NCBI GenBank assembly: GCA_903867985.1
Contig: CAIPTO010000072.1
Span: 3,590 to 67,589, forward strand
DNA length: 64,000 nucleotides
Source of the DNA: an uncultured Elusimicrobia bacterium
GTDB taxonomy: Bacteria > Elusimicrobiota > Elusimicrobia > Elusimicrobiales > UBA9959
Direction: 5' to 3'
The notes beneath the pieces were generated by a model. It worked only from the letters and a program-made list of their open reading frames with translations. It ran no database searches and was not told the DNA's origin. The position numbers were made by a program, and so were the translations under genes. Positions 35,271 to 43,491 of the stretch are shown here, piece after piece; positions within the stretch are counted from its first letter, which is position 1; each line of letters begins with the position of its first letter.

Positions 35271-35401
35271 ATTTATATCACCCATCGACCGATGCACCAC
35301 ACAATAATAAATATATTGCTGTTTATTATATGTATTTTGTTTTTTAAATTAATTTTTGCTATATTTATATTAATATATTTTTACCGTAAAGGAGCGAATC
35401 C

Positions 35402-36853
35402 ATGCTTGCAACTAAATCGACCGGAACCGTCATTCTTAAGAATTTTCTTGAAATACCCTACGACGAACTCGAGGCTATAAATCTTGAAGCGGCGGAAGCG
35501 GCGGAAACACTCCCCCACTCAGATCTTGAAAAAAAATACCGCGCGTATCTGCACAAAGAAAAGCGCATTAAGGCCGTGACTCTCTGTTTTTCAGATATCG
35601 AGGGGCGCTTTCACATGCTCGACTATGACAAGCAATACTTCCTGAAGGCGGCCGACAACCTTACTTTTGACGGTTCCTCCATACGCGGTTTTTCAGCACA
35701 GAAAGAATCAGACCTCCGGCTTGGGATAGATTGGAGCAGTATTTTCTGGCTGCCTTCCGATGTTTTCGGCCCCGGCAAGATAATCCTTTTCGCCACGGTC
35801 CTTAATCGCGACAAAACACTCTACGAATCCGATTTCCGGGCGCACCTAGCCAAACTCGCGAAAGAATTAAAAAATGCGCGCGGCATCACCGCGAACGTCG
35901 CCGCCGAAGTGGAGGGCTTCGTGGTAAACGGGCTCAACGCCGAACAGAACTATACCAAAGCCGCCGGCTTCGACCTGATCTCCACCGGGGGATACTTCCA
36001 CTCCCTGCCCCTGGACCGCTTGAAAATATTCATAGACACAGCAGCCGAGTCTCAGAGAGCGATGGGGTTCAAGAACGAAAAAGACCATCCGGAGGTGGCG
36101 CCGTCGCAGTTCGAGCTCAATTTCTCCTACGCCAATGTCGTACGCGCCTGCGACATGATACAGCTCTACAAACTCGTATGCCGGCAGGTAGCCGCCAATA
36201 TGGGGATGACGGCCACATTCCTTCCAAAGCCGGTTTCCGGCGTGAACGGGAGCGGCATGCACCTGAACCTCTCCTTCTTTAAGGGCGGAAAGAATATTTT
36301 TTACGATAAGAGCGGAGAGGATGGCCTGTCACCGACAGCATGGAATACCATATCAAGGATACTCAACCACGCGCAGGAACTCTCGCTCATCTTGAATTCA
36401 AGCGTGAACGCCTACCGGCGCCTGGATCCGCACTTTGAAGCTCCGAACCAGATCAAGGTTTCCTCCGTAGACCGCGGCGCCATGATACGTATTCCCGCCG
36501 GAAATGAAACATCCGCCCGCATAGAGATACGCTCAGTGGGCCCGGACGCAAATCCATACCTAGCTTTATACGCTCTGCTCCGCACAACCCTGGACGGGGA
36601 GCCCCTGACAAAAGATAAAAACAAACGCGACCGCGTGCGGTTCCTTCCGGGAAATATCTATGATGCTATACGGATATTCCGCGCAAGCGAGTTTATGAAG
36701 ATGATTATGGGCGCGGCGTCGCATGAAAAGTACGCTTCGCACAAGCAGGCTGCCGCGGATCGCAGTCCGAAAGAGTTGGGATTGATAGTAAAGTCGGCGG
36801 AAGTCCTATTCCACCACGAAGTGACCAATCAAATGCTCTGGCACAAATTCTAA
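35402..36853 (+). CDS. Glutamine synthetase family protein (type I-like catalytic domain)
   Basis: KPVSGVNGSGMHLNLSF, NAYRRL and IRIPAGNETSARIEIRSVGPDANPYL motifs. AAGGAG SD. Confidence 0.8.
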   Translation: MLATKSTGTVILKNFLEIPYDELEAINLEAAEAAETLPHSDLEKKYRAYLHKEKRIKAVTLCFSDIEGRFHMLDYDKQYFLKAADNLTFDGSSIRGFSAQKESDLRLGIDWSSIFWLPSDVFGPGKIILFATVLNRDKTLYESDFRAHLAKLAKELKNARGITANVAAEVEGFVVNGLNAEQNYTKAAGFDLISTGGYFHSLPLDRLKIFIDTAAESQRAMGFKNEKDHPEVAPSQFELNFSYANVVRACDMIQLYKLVCRQVAANMGMTATFLPKPVSGVNGSGMHLNLSFFKGGKNIFYDKSGEDGLSPTAWNTISRILNHAQELSLILNSSVNAYRRLDPHFEAPNQIKVSSVDRGAMIRIPAGNETSARIEIRSVGPDANPYLALYALLRTTLDGEPLTKDKNKRDRVRFLPGNIYDAIRIFRASEFMKMIMGAASHEKYASHKQAAADRSPKELGLIVKSAEVLFHHEVTNQMLWHKF

Positions 36854-39171
36854 GACACGGGCTGAAGATTTTTTATCGCCGCAATAACTTTCTCGGGAGT
36901 GAACGGAGACGAAAACAGCCGCGCCCCCACGGCGTCCTGCACGGCGTTGGCCACCGCGGGAAGCGGACCGTTGATGCCGATCTCGGAAACAGACTTGGCT
37001 CCAAAAGGCCCGTTGGGTTCGAAAGTAGGAATAAGGATGGTTTTAATAGCCGGCATGTCGGCGGTGTTGAATATCTTATAGCGCCTAAAACTGGCGTTAA
37101 GCGGCGTACCATTGGAGGAGAACTCCATCTCTTCCGAAAGGGTGTGACCTATCCCATTCAGCACGGCCCCGTCGTTCTGGCCTTCAGCCAGCTCCGGATT
37201 TATAGCGGTGCCGCAGTCCACGCAGGAGATATAATTCAGTATCGCTATCTTGCCTGTCCCGGTATCCACCTCCACTTCCACGAAATTGGCCGCGAAAGGC
37301 GGCGGAGAAGTGTGGGCATAATGAGAGGCCGAAGCCACAATCTGGTGCTGGTCATAATAATAAAGCGAGGTATTGGCCACCTCGGAAAGGCTACAGGCCG
37401 CTCCGTCTTTCGCGACAACCTTCCCGCCCTCAAGGCGCAAATCATCAGGTTTCCTGTCCAGAATCTTCGCCGCCACCGCTATAATCATCCCGCGGACCTT
37501 TTCGGCCGTCTTCTTTACGGCGTTGCCTGAGATGAACGTGGTTGAGGAGGCGTAAGCCCCCACATCAAAGGGTGTGAGGTCGGTATCAGCTGAATAAACT
37601 ATAACGTCTTCGGCTTTTACGCCGAGGACCTCGGCCGCTATCTGGGCGAGGATGGTGTCGGACCCGGTACCAAGATCTGCGGCGCCTACCATCAGGTTGA
37701 AGGAACCGTCCTCGTTCATCTTAAGCGTGGCGCTGGCCATGTCCACCTCGGGGATACCGGAGCCCTGCATCATGCAGGCCATGCCGAGCCCGCGCCTTAG
37801 CTGACCGCTCTGGTTTTTATATTTTTTCTTTTTCTCGTGCCAATTTATGGCCTTGAGCCCTGCCTCTATGCCCTCATAGAGACCGATAGACGTGATCACC
37901 TGCTCAACACCCTCACGCCCCTCGCCCATCGCCTTAAACACCGGAGAGCCCTCACCCAGGCGGATGTAGTTCTTTTTACGGAACTCCACGGGGTCCATAG
38001 CGATCTTGTTCGCCATTATGTCCATCTGCGATTCCCATGCAAAGAAACCCTGGGTGGCGCCGTAGCCGCGGTAGGCGCCGGAAACCGGCAAATTAGTATA
38101 AACGCTCTTGCCGATAAACCTAATATTATTCGCAACCTTGTACATAGGCAGTGTGTGCGAGCCGGAACACATCATGACTGTAAGCGCGTGCGAGCCATAG
38201 GCGCCGGTATTGAGCGTTATGTCCATCTCAGCATCTGTTATCGTCCCGTCTTTGCGAACCCCGGTCTTCAGCCGCACCGTGGCGGGATGGCGCGTGCGCG
38301 ATGAAATAAAGGTTTCCCTGCGCGTGTATTCAATTTTAACAGGCTTCCCGGTTTTAAGCGTCAGGGCGGCCGTAATATCTTCCAGCAGAACTTCCTGTTT
38401 GGAACCGAAGCCGCCGCCGATGCGCGGCTTTATCACCCTGATCTTCTTGACGGGGATCCTGAGCGCCTGGGCCACGATTCGCCGGACGTGAAAAGGGACC
38501 TGCGTGGAAGTCCTGATGATCAGCCGGCCGAAATGGTCGAAACTTGTTATAACCGTATGCGGCTCGATGGCGCAATGCTGGAGATAAGGCATTTTATAGG
38601 TGTGCTCCACCACAAAATCGGCGTCCTTGAACCAATCACCGTTCCTGACTTCAAAATCAAATTTGGCGGCGATGTTATGCTTTGCGTCCGGAATATTTTT
38701 CGCGTCTTCCTCGTCGTGAATTATGGGCGCGCCGTCCTTAACGGCCTCAAAAACGTCAAAAACAGCCGGCAGGATCTCGTATTCCACCTTTATCAGCTTC
38801 AGCGCCGCTTCCGCGGCCTCGGGAGTCTCGGCGGCCACGGCGGCCACGCGGTCGCCGACAAAACGCACTTTATTATCAAGCACATATGAATCGTAAGGCG
38901 AAGGCTCAGGATACCCCTGGCCGGCCGTGGTGTGCGGCACCCGGGGAACGTTCTTATAGGTCAGCACGGCTTTCACCCCCGGGACCTTTTCGGCTTCACG
39001 GGTGTCTATTTTTTTGATACGGGCATGGGCGTAATGGCTCCACAGTATGCGGCCGTAAAGCATCCCGTTAATATCCACATCGTCGGTAAAAACAGGTTCG
39101 CCGCAGGCTAGGCCTAAAGCATCCATCTTCAGCACGCGCTTGTTAACTACCTTTAAATTTTCAGTTTCCAT
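36850..39171 (-). CDS. Xanthine dehydrogenase family molybdopterin-binding (large) subunit, set A
   Basis: The ATG at 39171 (METENLKVV) has a GGAGA SD; the longer ORF up to 39405 runs through the upstream gene. Aldehyde oxidase/XDH a/b-hammerhead and Moco-binding motifs (GGGFGSK, AYRGYG, GPFGAKSVSE). Confidence 0.88.
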   Translation of the reverse strand: METENLKVVNKRVLKMDALGLACGEPVFTDDVDINGMLYGRILWSHYAHARIKKIDTREAEKVPGVKAVLTYKNVPRVPHTTAGQGYPEPSPYDSYVLDNKVRFVGDRVAAVAAETPEAAEAALKLIKVEYEILPAVFDVFEAVKDGAPIIHDEEDAKNIPDAKHNIAAKFDFEVRNGDWFKDADFVVEHTYKMPYLQHCAIEPHTVITSFDHFGRLIIRTSTQVPFHVRRIVAQALRIPVKKIRVIKPRIGGGFGSKQEVLLEDITAALTLKTGKPVKIEYTRRETFISSRTRHPATVRLKTGVRKDGTITDAEMDITLNTGAYGSHALTVMMCSGSHTLPMYKVANNIRFIGKSVYTNLPVSGAYRGYGATQGFFAWESQMDIMANKIAMDPVEFRKKNYIRLGEGSPVFKAMGEGREGVEQVITSIGLYEGIEAGLKAINWHEKKKKYKNQSGQLRRGLGMACMMQGSGIPEVDMASATLKMNEDGSFNLMVGAADLGTGSDTILAQIAAEVLGVKAEDVIVYSADTDLTPFDVGAYASSTTFISGNAVKKTAEKVRGMIIAVAAKILDRKPDDLRLEGGKVVAKDGAACSLSEVANTSLYYYDQHQIVASASHYAHTSPPPFAANFVEVEVDTGTGKIAILNYISCVDCGTAINPELAEGQNDGAVLNGIGHTLSEEMEFSSNGTPLNASFRRYKIFNTADMPAIKTILIPTFEPNGPFGAKSVSEIGINGPLPAVANAVQDAVGARLFSSPFTPEKVIAAIKNLQPVS

Positions 39172-39195
39172 AGTTTCTCCGTTGTTATAGACAAA

Positions 39196-39317
39196 GCCGG
39201 CTGGAAGTAAAGCAGCTCGGATGCAAGGCAATTTAGCTGAATTTCTTAATCGCTTTACCTCTAAGTCGCCGCATTGCCTTCCATCTAAACTGCTAGCTGG
39301 CCTTGCCTCTAAATCGC
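39196..39317. repeat. Four to five tandem AGAGGCAAGG-type roughly 24-nt units in the FeS-A/Mo-A intercistronic spacer, extending into the 3' end of the FeS-A gene
   Basis: Minus strand reads gcgatttagaggcaaggccagctagcag tttagatggaaggcaatgcggcgac ttagaggtaaagcgattaag ... aaattgccttgcatc. Confidence 0.75.
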
Positions 39318-39826
39318 TTTTCACCGTTCTTAATTCTTTTCGCGGCCATCCGAACGGCCTGTATCTGTTTAACGTAGCCGGTGCAGCGGCAGAGATTTCC
39401 ATCAAGATATTTCCGAATTTCCTCTTCGGACGGTTCGGGATTCGCGTCGAGCAGATGTTTAGAGGACAGTATCATGCCCGGGATACAAAAACCGCACTGT
39501 ACAGCCCCGGCTTCCACAAAAGCTTCCTGGAGCGGATGGGGATTCTGGACCGTGCCTAAGCCCTCTATCGTAGTGATCTCACTTCCATGAGCGGTGAACG
39601 CCGGTATAAGACAGGCAAGCGCCGGCTTACCGTTAAAAATAACGGTGCATGACCCGCAGTCGCCGGTATCGCAGCCTTTTTTTACGCTCTTGTAGCCGTG
39701 GCGCCGCAGGGCGTCCAGCAGGAATTCCGTATTCTTCACGCTGAAACTTTTCTTTACGCCGTTGATACCCAGGCATATCTCAAAAATTCCATTAACGGCT
39801 TTGAGTCTGGCGTTCTCTTTTTTCAT
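39293..39826 (-). CDS. (2Fe-2S)-binding small subunit of an XDH-family enzyme, set A
   Basis: CDTGDCGSCTV plus QCGFCIPG...CRCTGY cluster motifs. Confidence 0.9.
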   Translation of the reverse strand: MKKENARLKAVNGIFEICLGINGVKKSFSVKNTEFLLDALRRHGYKSVKKGCDTGDCGSCTVIFNGKPALACLIPAFTAHGSEITTIEGLGTVQNPHPLQEAFVEAGAVQCGFCIPGMILSSKHLLDANPEPSEEEIRKYLDGNLCRCTGYVKQIQAVRMAAKRIKNGEKRFRGKAS

Positions 39827-39835
39827 TTTTTCCTC

Positions 39836-40663
39836 TCAGATCCCGTTTAAAAATCTTTTGAAGAGGCTGGAGGCCGCTTCTTTCTTAAATTCGCTCGCGC
39901 GGACGCCGTCCAGGTCACGCGCAAATTCCAGCGCAGCCGCATCTACGACTCCGGAAGTGAGTTTACCCCCGGACAAGGCCTTCTCTGCTGCCTGGGCACG
40001 GAACGGCTTTGGCGAGAGCGCCCCCACCGAGATCCGGACTTCTTTCACCACCCCCCCTTTTACCGCTGCCGCCATAAAAAGCGTAAAATAGGCCTCCCAA
40101 CTGGCCTCAGTCTTGGCGAATTTCTCGAACCGGCAGACCCAGTTCCGGGTTTTCCCAGGGATAATTACATCAAGGATCAGGCAGTCGCGCCCCGGCCTTA
40201 ATTTAAAATCTCCGCCGTAGATATCGGAAAACAGATATGTTTTTACGCCGATTCTGGAGAGCACCCGGACCCTGGCATCCAGCCCCATCAGGACCGCCGG
40301 GAAAATATTAAACGAATGCGGTCTGGCGATATTACCGCCTATGGTGGCCATATTGCGGATGAGCTGGCTTGAGCACCGGGCCGCCGCTCCGGATATAGTC
40401 CCGCCGGCCCACCCCCTGACCAGTTTTGAATTATCGATATCGTCAAAGGTCGCCATCGCACCGATCACAAGATCAGCCCCCTGTTTTTTAATGTAGTCCA
40501 GAGGCAGATTTTTCAGGTTGACGAAATTCTCCACTGTTTCAGGCAGGGTTTTAGCCACCAGGGTCCCCCCGGCTACGGCCAGAGCTTCAGCTTTACGGCT
40601 TAATAGCCAGGCTAGCGCGGCTTTGGGCGTTTCTGGAAAACTGCAATACTTAATATTGTTCAT
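39836..40663 (-). CDS. FAD-binding (CoxM/XdhB-like) medium subunit, set A
   Basis: AGGT...L and IRNMATIGGNIA motifs of the molybdopterin dehydrogenase FAD-binding domain; 275 aa. Confidence 0.85.
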   Translation of the reverse strand: MNNIKYCSFPETPKAALAWLLSRKAEALAVAGGTLVAKTLPETVENFVNLKNLPLDYIKKQGADLVIGAMATFDDIDNSKLVRGWAGGTISGAAARCSSQLIRNMATIGGNIARPHSFNIFPAVLMGLDARVRVLSRIGVKTYLFSDIYGGDFKLRPGRDCLILDVIIPGKTRNWVCRFEKFAKTEASWEAYFTLFMAAAVKGGVVKEVRISVGALSPKPFRAQAAEKALSGGKLTSGVVDAAALEFARDLDGVRASEFKKEAASSLFKRFLNGI

Positions 40664-40684
40664 AATTTTTCCTCATACCTGCGA

Positions 40685-41554
40685 CTATCCGGCCACTTGC
40701 GACATGCGACCGGTCAAGATCACAGAGTTCAGAGCCCTTTCAAGCAGTACGCCGGACATCTCCCTGCGGTAAGCGGCTTCGGACCGCGCGTCAGTGATAG
40801 GCGAGACCTCGGTTTTAACCAGTGCCGCGGCCGTACGGGCGTTATCGTAATTGAGGACGCGCCCTTTCAAATAATTTGCGGTTTTTACAGCCATTAGCGG
40901 CACTGGCGACACTGAAGCGAGAGTTATAGAGGCGGACCGCACTTTCTCACCGTCAAGTTCCAGGGCGACAGCCACCGACGCCTTGGCAATGCCGAAATAC
41001 GCCCTTGGACCGAGTTTTAAATAGACGCCGGCGTGCTTCCACTTGGGCACCTCAAAAGCCGTTATCAATTCGTCCCTGCGCAGCACGGTCTTTTTGGGCC
41101 CGCTAAAAAAATTCTGCAGGGCTATTTTACGCTTTTTGCCTCCGAGCTCAAGCCAGACGTCGGCTCTTTCCGCGCAAAGTGCGCAGACGCCATCCGCGCA
41201 AGGACTGGCGGTGGCGGCATTGCCGCCGATTGTGGCCATGTTTCTTAAAGAGGGGCTGGCAAAATGCGGTATGGCGGAACGGAGGGCGGGAAGCCACCGG
41301 CTTATAAGTCCGGAACCGCTTAATTCCGATATTTTGACGCCGGAACCGATGATCAGGGAATTTTTTGTTTCTCTTATTCCCTTCAATTCTTTGATGTCGC
41401 TTATATCCACCCAAACCTGCGACGCATCCATACCCGCGTTAGATCCGGATACAAGGTCGGTGCCGCCAGCCAGGTATTTTCTGGAACCGCCGGGAGCGGG
41501 CGGCAACAGCCAAAGCTCTTTCAATGTTCCTGGTTTTAAAATTAGTTCAGGCAT
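40685..41554 (-). CDS. FAD-binding (CoxM/XdhB-like) medium subunit, set B
   Basis: YLAGGTDL and LRNMATIGGNAA motifs; 289 aa. It is a paralogue of the adjacent gene. Confidence 0.85.
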   Translation of the reverse strand: MPELILKPGTLKELWLLPPAPGGSRKYLAGGTDLVSGSNAGMDASQVWVDISDIKELKGIRETKNSLIIGSGVKISELSGSGLISRWLPALRSAIPHFASPSLRNMATIGGNAATASPCADGVCALCAERADVWLELGGKKRKIALQNFFSGPKKTVLRRDELITAFEVPKWKHAGVYLKLGPRAYFGIAKASVAVALELDGEKVRSASITLASVSPVPLMAVKTANYLKGRVLNYDNARTAAALVKTEVSPITDARSEAAYRREMSGVLLERALNSVILTGRMSQVAG

Positions 41555-41611
41555 ATTGTGATCGCCATATGCTTTAAGCTATGAGCTGCGGAGAGATTAT
41601 AGATCTTACAC

Positions 41612-42136
41612 CTACGACAATTTCTGAGCCTTCCGCACCGCGGACACAACCTTTTCATAACCGGTACAGCGGCACAGGTTGCCGGTCAATCCGCGCTTGA
41701 TATCTTCCACGGTCGCGTCTGGATTTTCTCTTAAAAGCGCTTCCGACGCAATAATCAGGCCGGGCGTGCAGAAGCCGCACTGCACGGCGCCTTCTTCCAT
41801 AAAAGTTTTCTGCAGGGGATGCAAGCCGCCGTCACGGCCTTTAAGTCCTTCAATAGTGATTAAACGCTTGCCCTGGAGTTGAATGGCCATCATCAGGCAT
41901 GAGTTGACGGCTTTGCCGTCAACGAGCACCAGGCAGGCGCCGCATTCACCTTCGCCGCAGCCCTCCTTGGTCCCTTTAAGACCGAGGTCCAGACGGATAA
42001 ATTCGATAAGGGATCTGGAGGAATCCAGGTCCCGTTCCACCTTTTCCCCATTCACGAAACATTTGAGGGAGAATTTAGCGCGGTGCGTTATTTTTTTATT
42101 CTTTTCGGTCACGCGTATGCCTGTTCTAAAAATCAA
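41612..42136 (-). CDS. (2Fe-2S)-binding small subunit of an XDH-family enzyme, set B
   Basis: CGEGECGACLV plus QCGFCTPG...CRCTGY. The ATG at 42136 overlaps the preceding gene by 11 nt; an alternative GTG start lies at 42112. Confidence 0.88.
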   Translation of the reverse strand: MIFRTGIRVTEKNKKITHRAKFSLKCFVNGEKVERDLDSSRSLIEFIRLDLGLKGTKEGCGEGECGACLVLVDGKAVNSCLMMAIQLQGKRLITIEGLKGRDGGLHPLQKTFMEEGAVQCGFCTPGLIIASEALLRENPDATVEDIKRGLTGNLCRCTGYEKVVSAVRKAQKLS

Positions 42137-43445
42137 AGCCCATTCCGACCAGGAACTTCACGCCGCTCAGCGTCAGCGTGTCGGATTCTCCGGAGACGCC
42201 GCCGCGCGTAAAGTTCATGGTGTTCAACTCGTAGCGCAGTTCGGCCACGAGTTGGGTTTTATCCGCTATCCGTATCCTCATACCTACGGGTACGCGGACC
42301 ATTAAGCCTAGCGCTAATTCTTCCGTGGGCTTAACAAAGGCGCCATTGGTATAGCCTTTGACATAAGGCAGCGTGAGCGAGTTGAGCGACATCCCGATGC
42401 CAAATCCGAAATAGGGGTCGACCTTCTCTCCGGGATGTCTGATAAGCAGATCGCCGCTGATACCGAATGTTTTAACTGTGGCGTAATCGTTGGTATAGAA
42501 CTCCATACTCCCTGGAGCGGCGCCGTTGAGGCTCCAGGTGGTCTTCTGAGCCGCTATATTACGTTTTTCATAAGAGAATTCCAGATCTCCGCCCAAGGCT
42601 CCTCTTCCAAAGCCGCCTACGCGGAAAGCGATAGGGCCGAAGCCTTCGGTGACGAGCTTTTCGAATTTAACGCTTCTGTAATTACTGGAAGCATAAGCCG
42701 CTAAAGGATTACCTAGAGAAATACCCAGGGCGTTATTATAAGTGTTATCAAGCTGTATATTCCCTTTGGAATTAGCAAACTCTAGGTCCATTTTAGGAGA
42801 ACCGAAACCCATAAAGACATCAAAGAAGCCATACTGATGTTTTCCGCGCGGCTGCCTGACGGCGGCTGTCTGTTTCATGACGGGCTGTTCATAAGCAGGC
42901 TGCTCATACGGCTGCGCGTACGCGGACTGCTGGGACTGGCCCGTGGCCGCGTCACCCACCCAGTCCTTTTCCAAATCCACCTGAGAAGCGCCTATGGCTT
43001 GCGCGGTTTCGGTTTTTATAAGACGTGCATTAACCTCTATCTTGCCGGCCTGCATTTCCACCAGGGTGCCGGTAACAATAGCCTGCACGCCCAGCAGTTT
43101 CCCCAGCTGCTGGGTAGAAGTGGCGTCCATCATGCCGGTGGACTGGAGTTTGAGCTCACCCATGACCTTATCCAGCATACTGCGCTCCACAACCTCAAAT
43201 TTCTGCTGCTTTATCAGGCGCATAGTTATGCGTTCCGACACTATGGCTCCATCCTTAGCCGCGACCCGGCCGTCAGCGTATGAGAAAGGCAGAATTGCGA
43301 TCTTCTTATTGGTCAGGGTGGTTCCCGCCTCGCTTATTTCCCTGGCTATCTGATCGTATTTATCTTCAGCGAAACACAAGCTGTTTAAATTTAAAAATAA
43401 GGCGCCCAATATAAGAACTCCGGCAATTTTAAATCTGCTCATCAT
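42126..43445 (-). CDS. Secreted protein: CsgG/FlgO/LpoB-like periplasmic domain, Q/P/Y-rich linker and a C-terminal beta-barrel-like domain
   Basis: Signal peptide ...LNSLCFA. KKIAILPFSY...FEVVERSMLDKVMGELKLQ...GVQAIVTGTL pattern. Linker QPYEQPAYEQP. Alternating-hydrophobic C-terminal 230 aa ending GMGFDF (terminal aromatic). AGGAGGG SD. Confidence 0.6.
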   Translation of the reverse strand: MMSRFKIAGVLILGALFLNLNSLCFAEDKYDQIAREISEAGTTLTNKKIAILPFSYADGRVAAKDGAIVSERITMRLIKQQKFEVVERSMLDKVMGELKLQSTGMMDATSTQQLGKLLGVQAIVTGTLVEMQAGKIEVNARLIKTETAQAIGASQVDLEKDWVGDAATGQSQQSAYAQPYEQPAYEQPVMKQTAAVRQPRGKHQYGFFDVFMGFGSPKMDLEFANSKGNIQLDNTYNNALGISLGNPLAAYASSNYRSVKFEKLVTEGFGPIAFRVGGFGRGALGGDLEFSYEKRNIAAQKTTWSLNGAAPGSMEFYTNDYATVKTFGISGDLLIRHPGEKVDPYFGFGIGMSLNSLTLPYVKGYTNGAFVKPTEELALGLMVRVPVGMRIRIADKTQLVAELRYELNTMNFTRGGVSGESDTLTLSGVKFLVGMGFDF

Positions 43446-43491
43446 TCTACCCTCCTAAAGTTCAACCTGCGTTTTTAAAGATATTTTTGAT

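Noticed and set aside
35049-35480. 143-aa ORF spanning the rubredoxin region and the AT-rich tract
   Set aside because: It overlaps the clearly real rubredoxin gene in another frame, then reads through a terminator and an AT-rich promoter-like tract. Its translation is low-complexity (FIICILFFKLIFAIFILIYF) as an artefact of the T-runs.
36850-36853. Four-base convergent overlap of the GS-like and Mo-A stop codons with no terminator between them
   Set aside because: It is real in the sequence, but short convergent overlaps are common in compact genomes. It is not informative on its own.
39172-39405. N-terminal extension of the Mo-A large subunit ORF (start at 39405)
   Set aside because: The extension runs through the repeat spacer and the 3' end of the FeS-A gene in another frame. 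An SD-preceded ATG at 39171 gives a normal XDH large-subunit N-terminus. The same logic applies to 45781-45828 (Mo-B), 61460-61618 (hutU), 34546-34620 (dfx), 22132-22197 (gcvPB), 28118-28138 (pyrE-like), 32219-32380 (TIGR02757-like) and 49000-49050 (permease).
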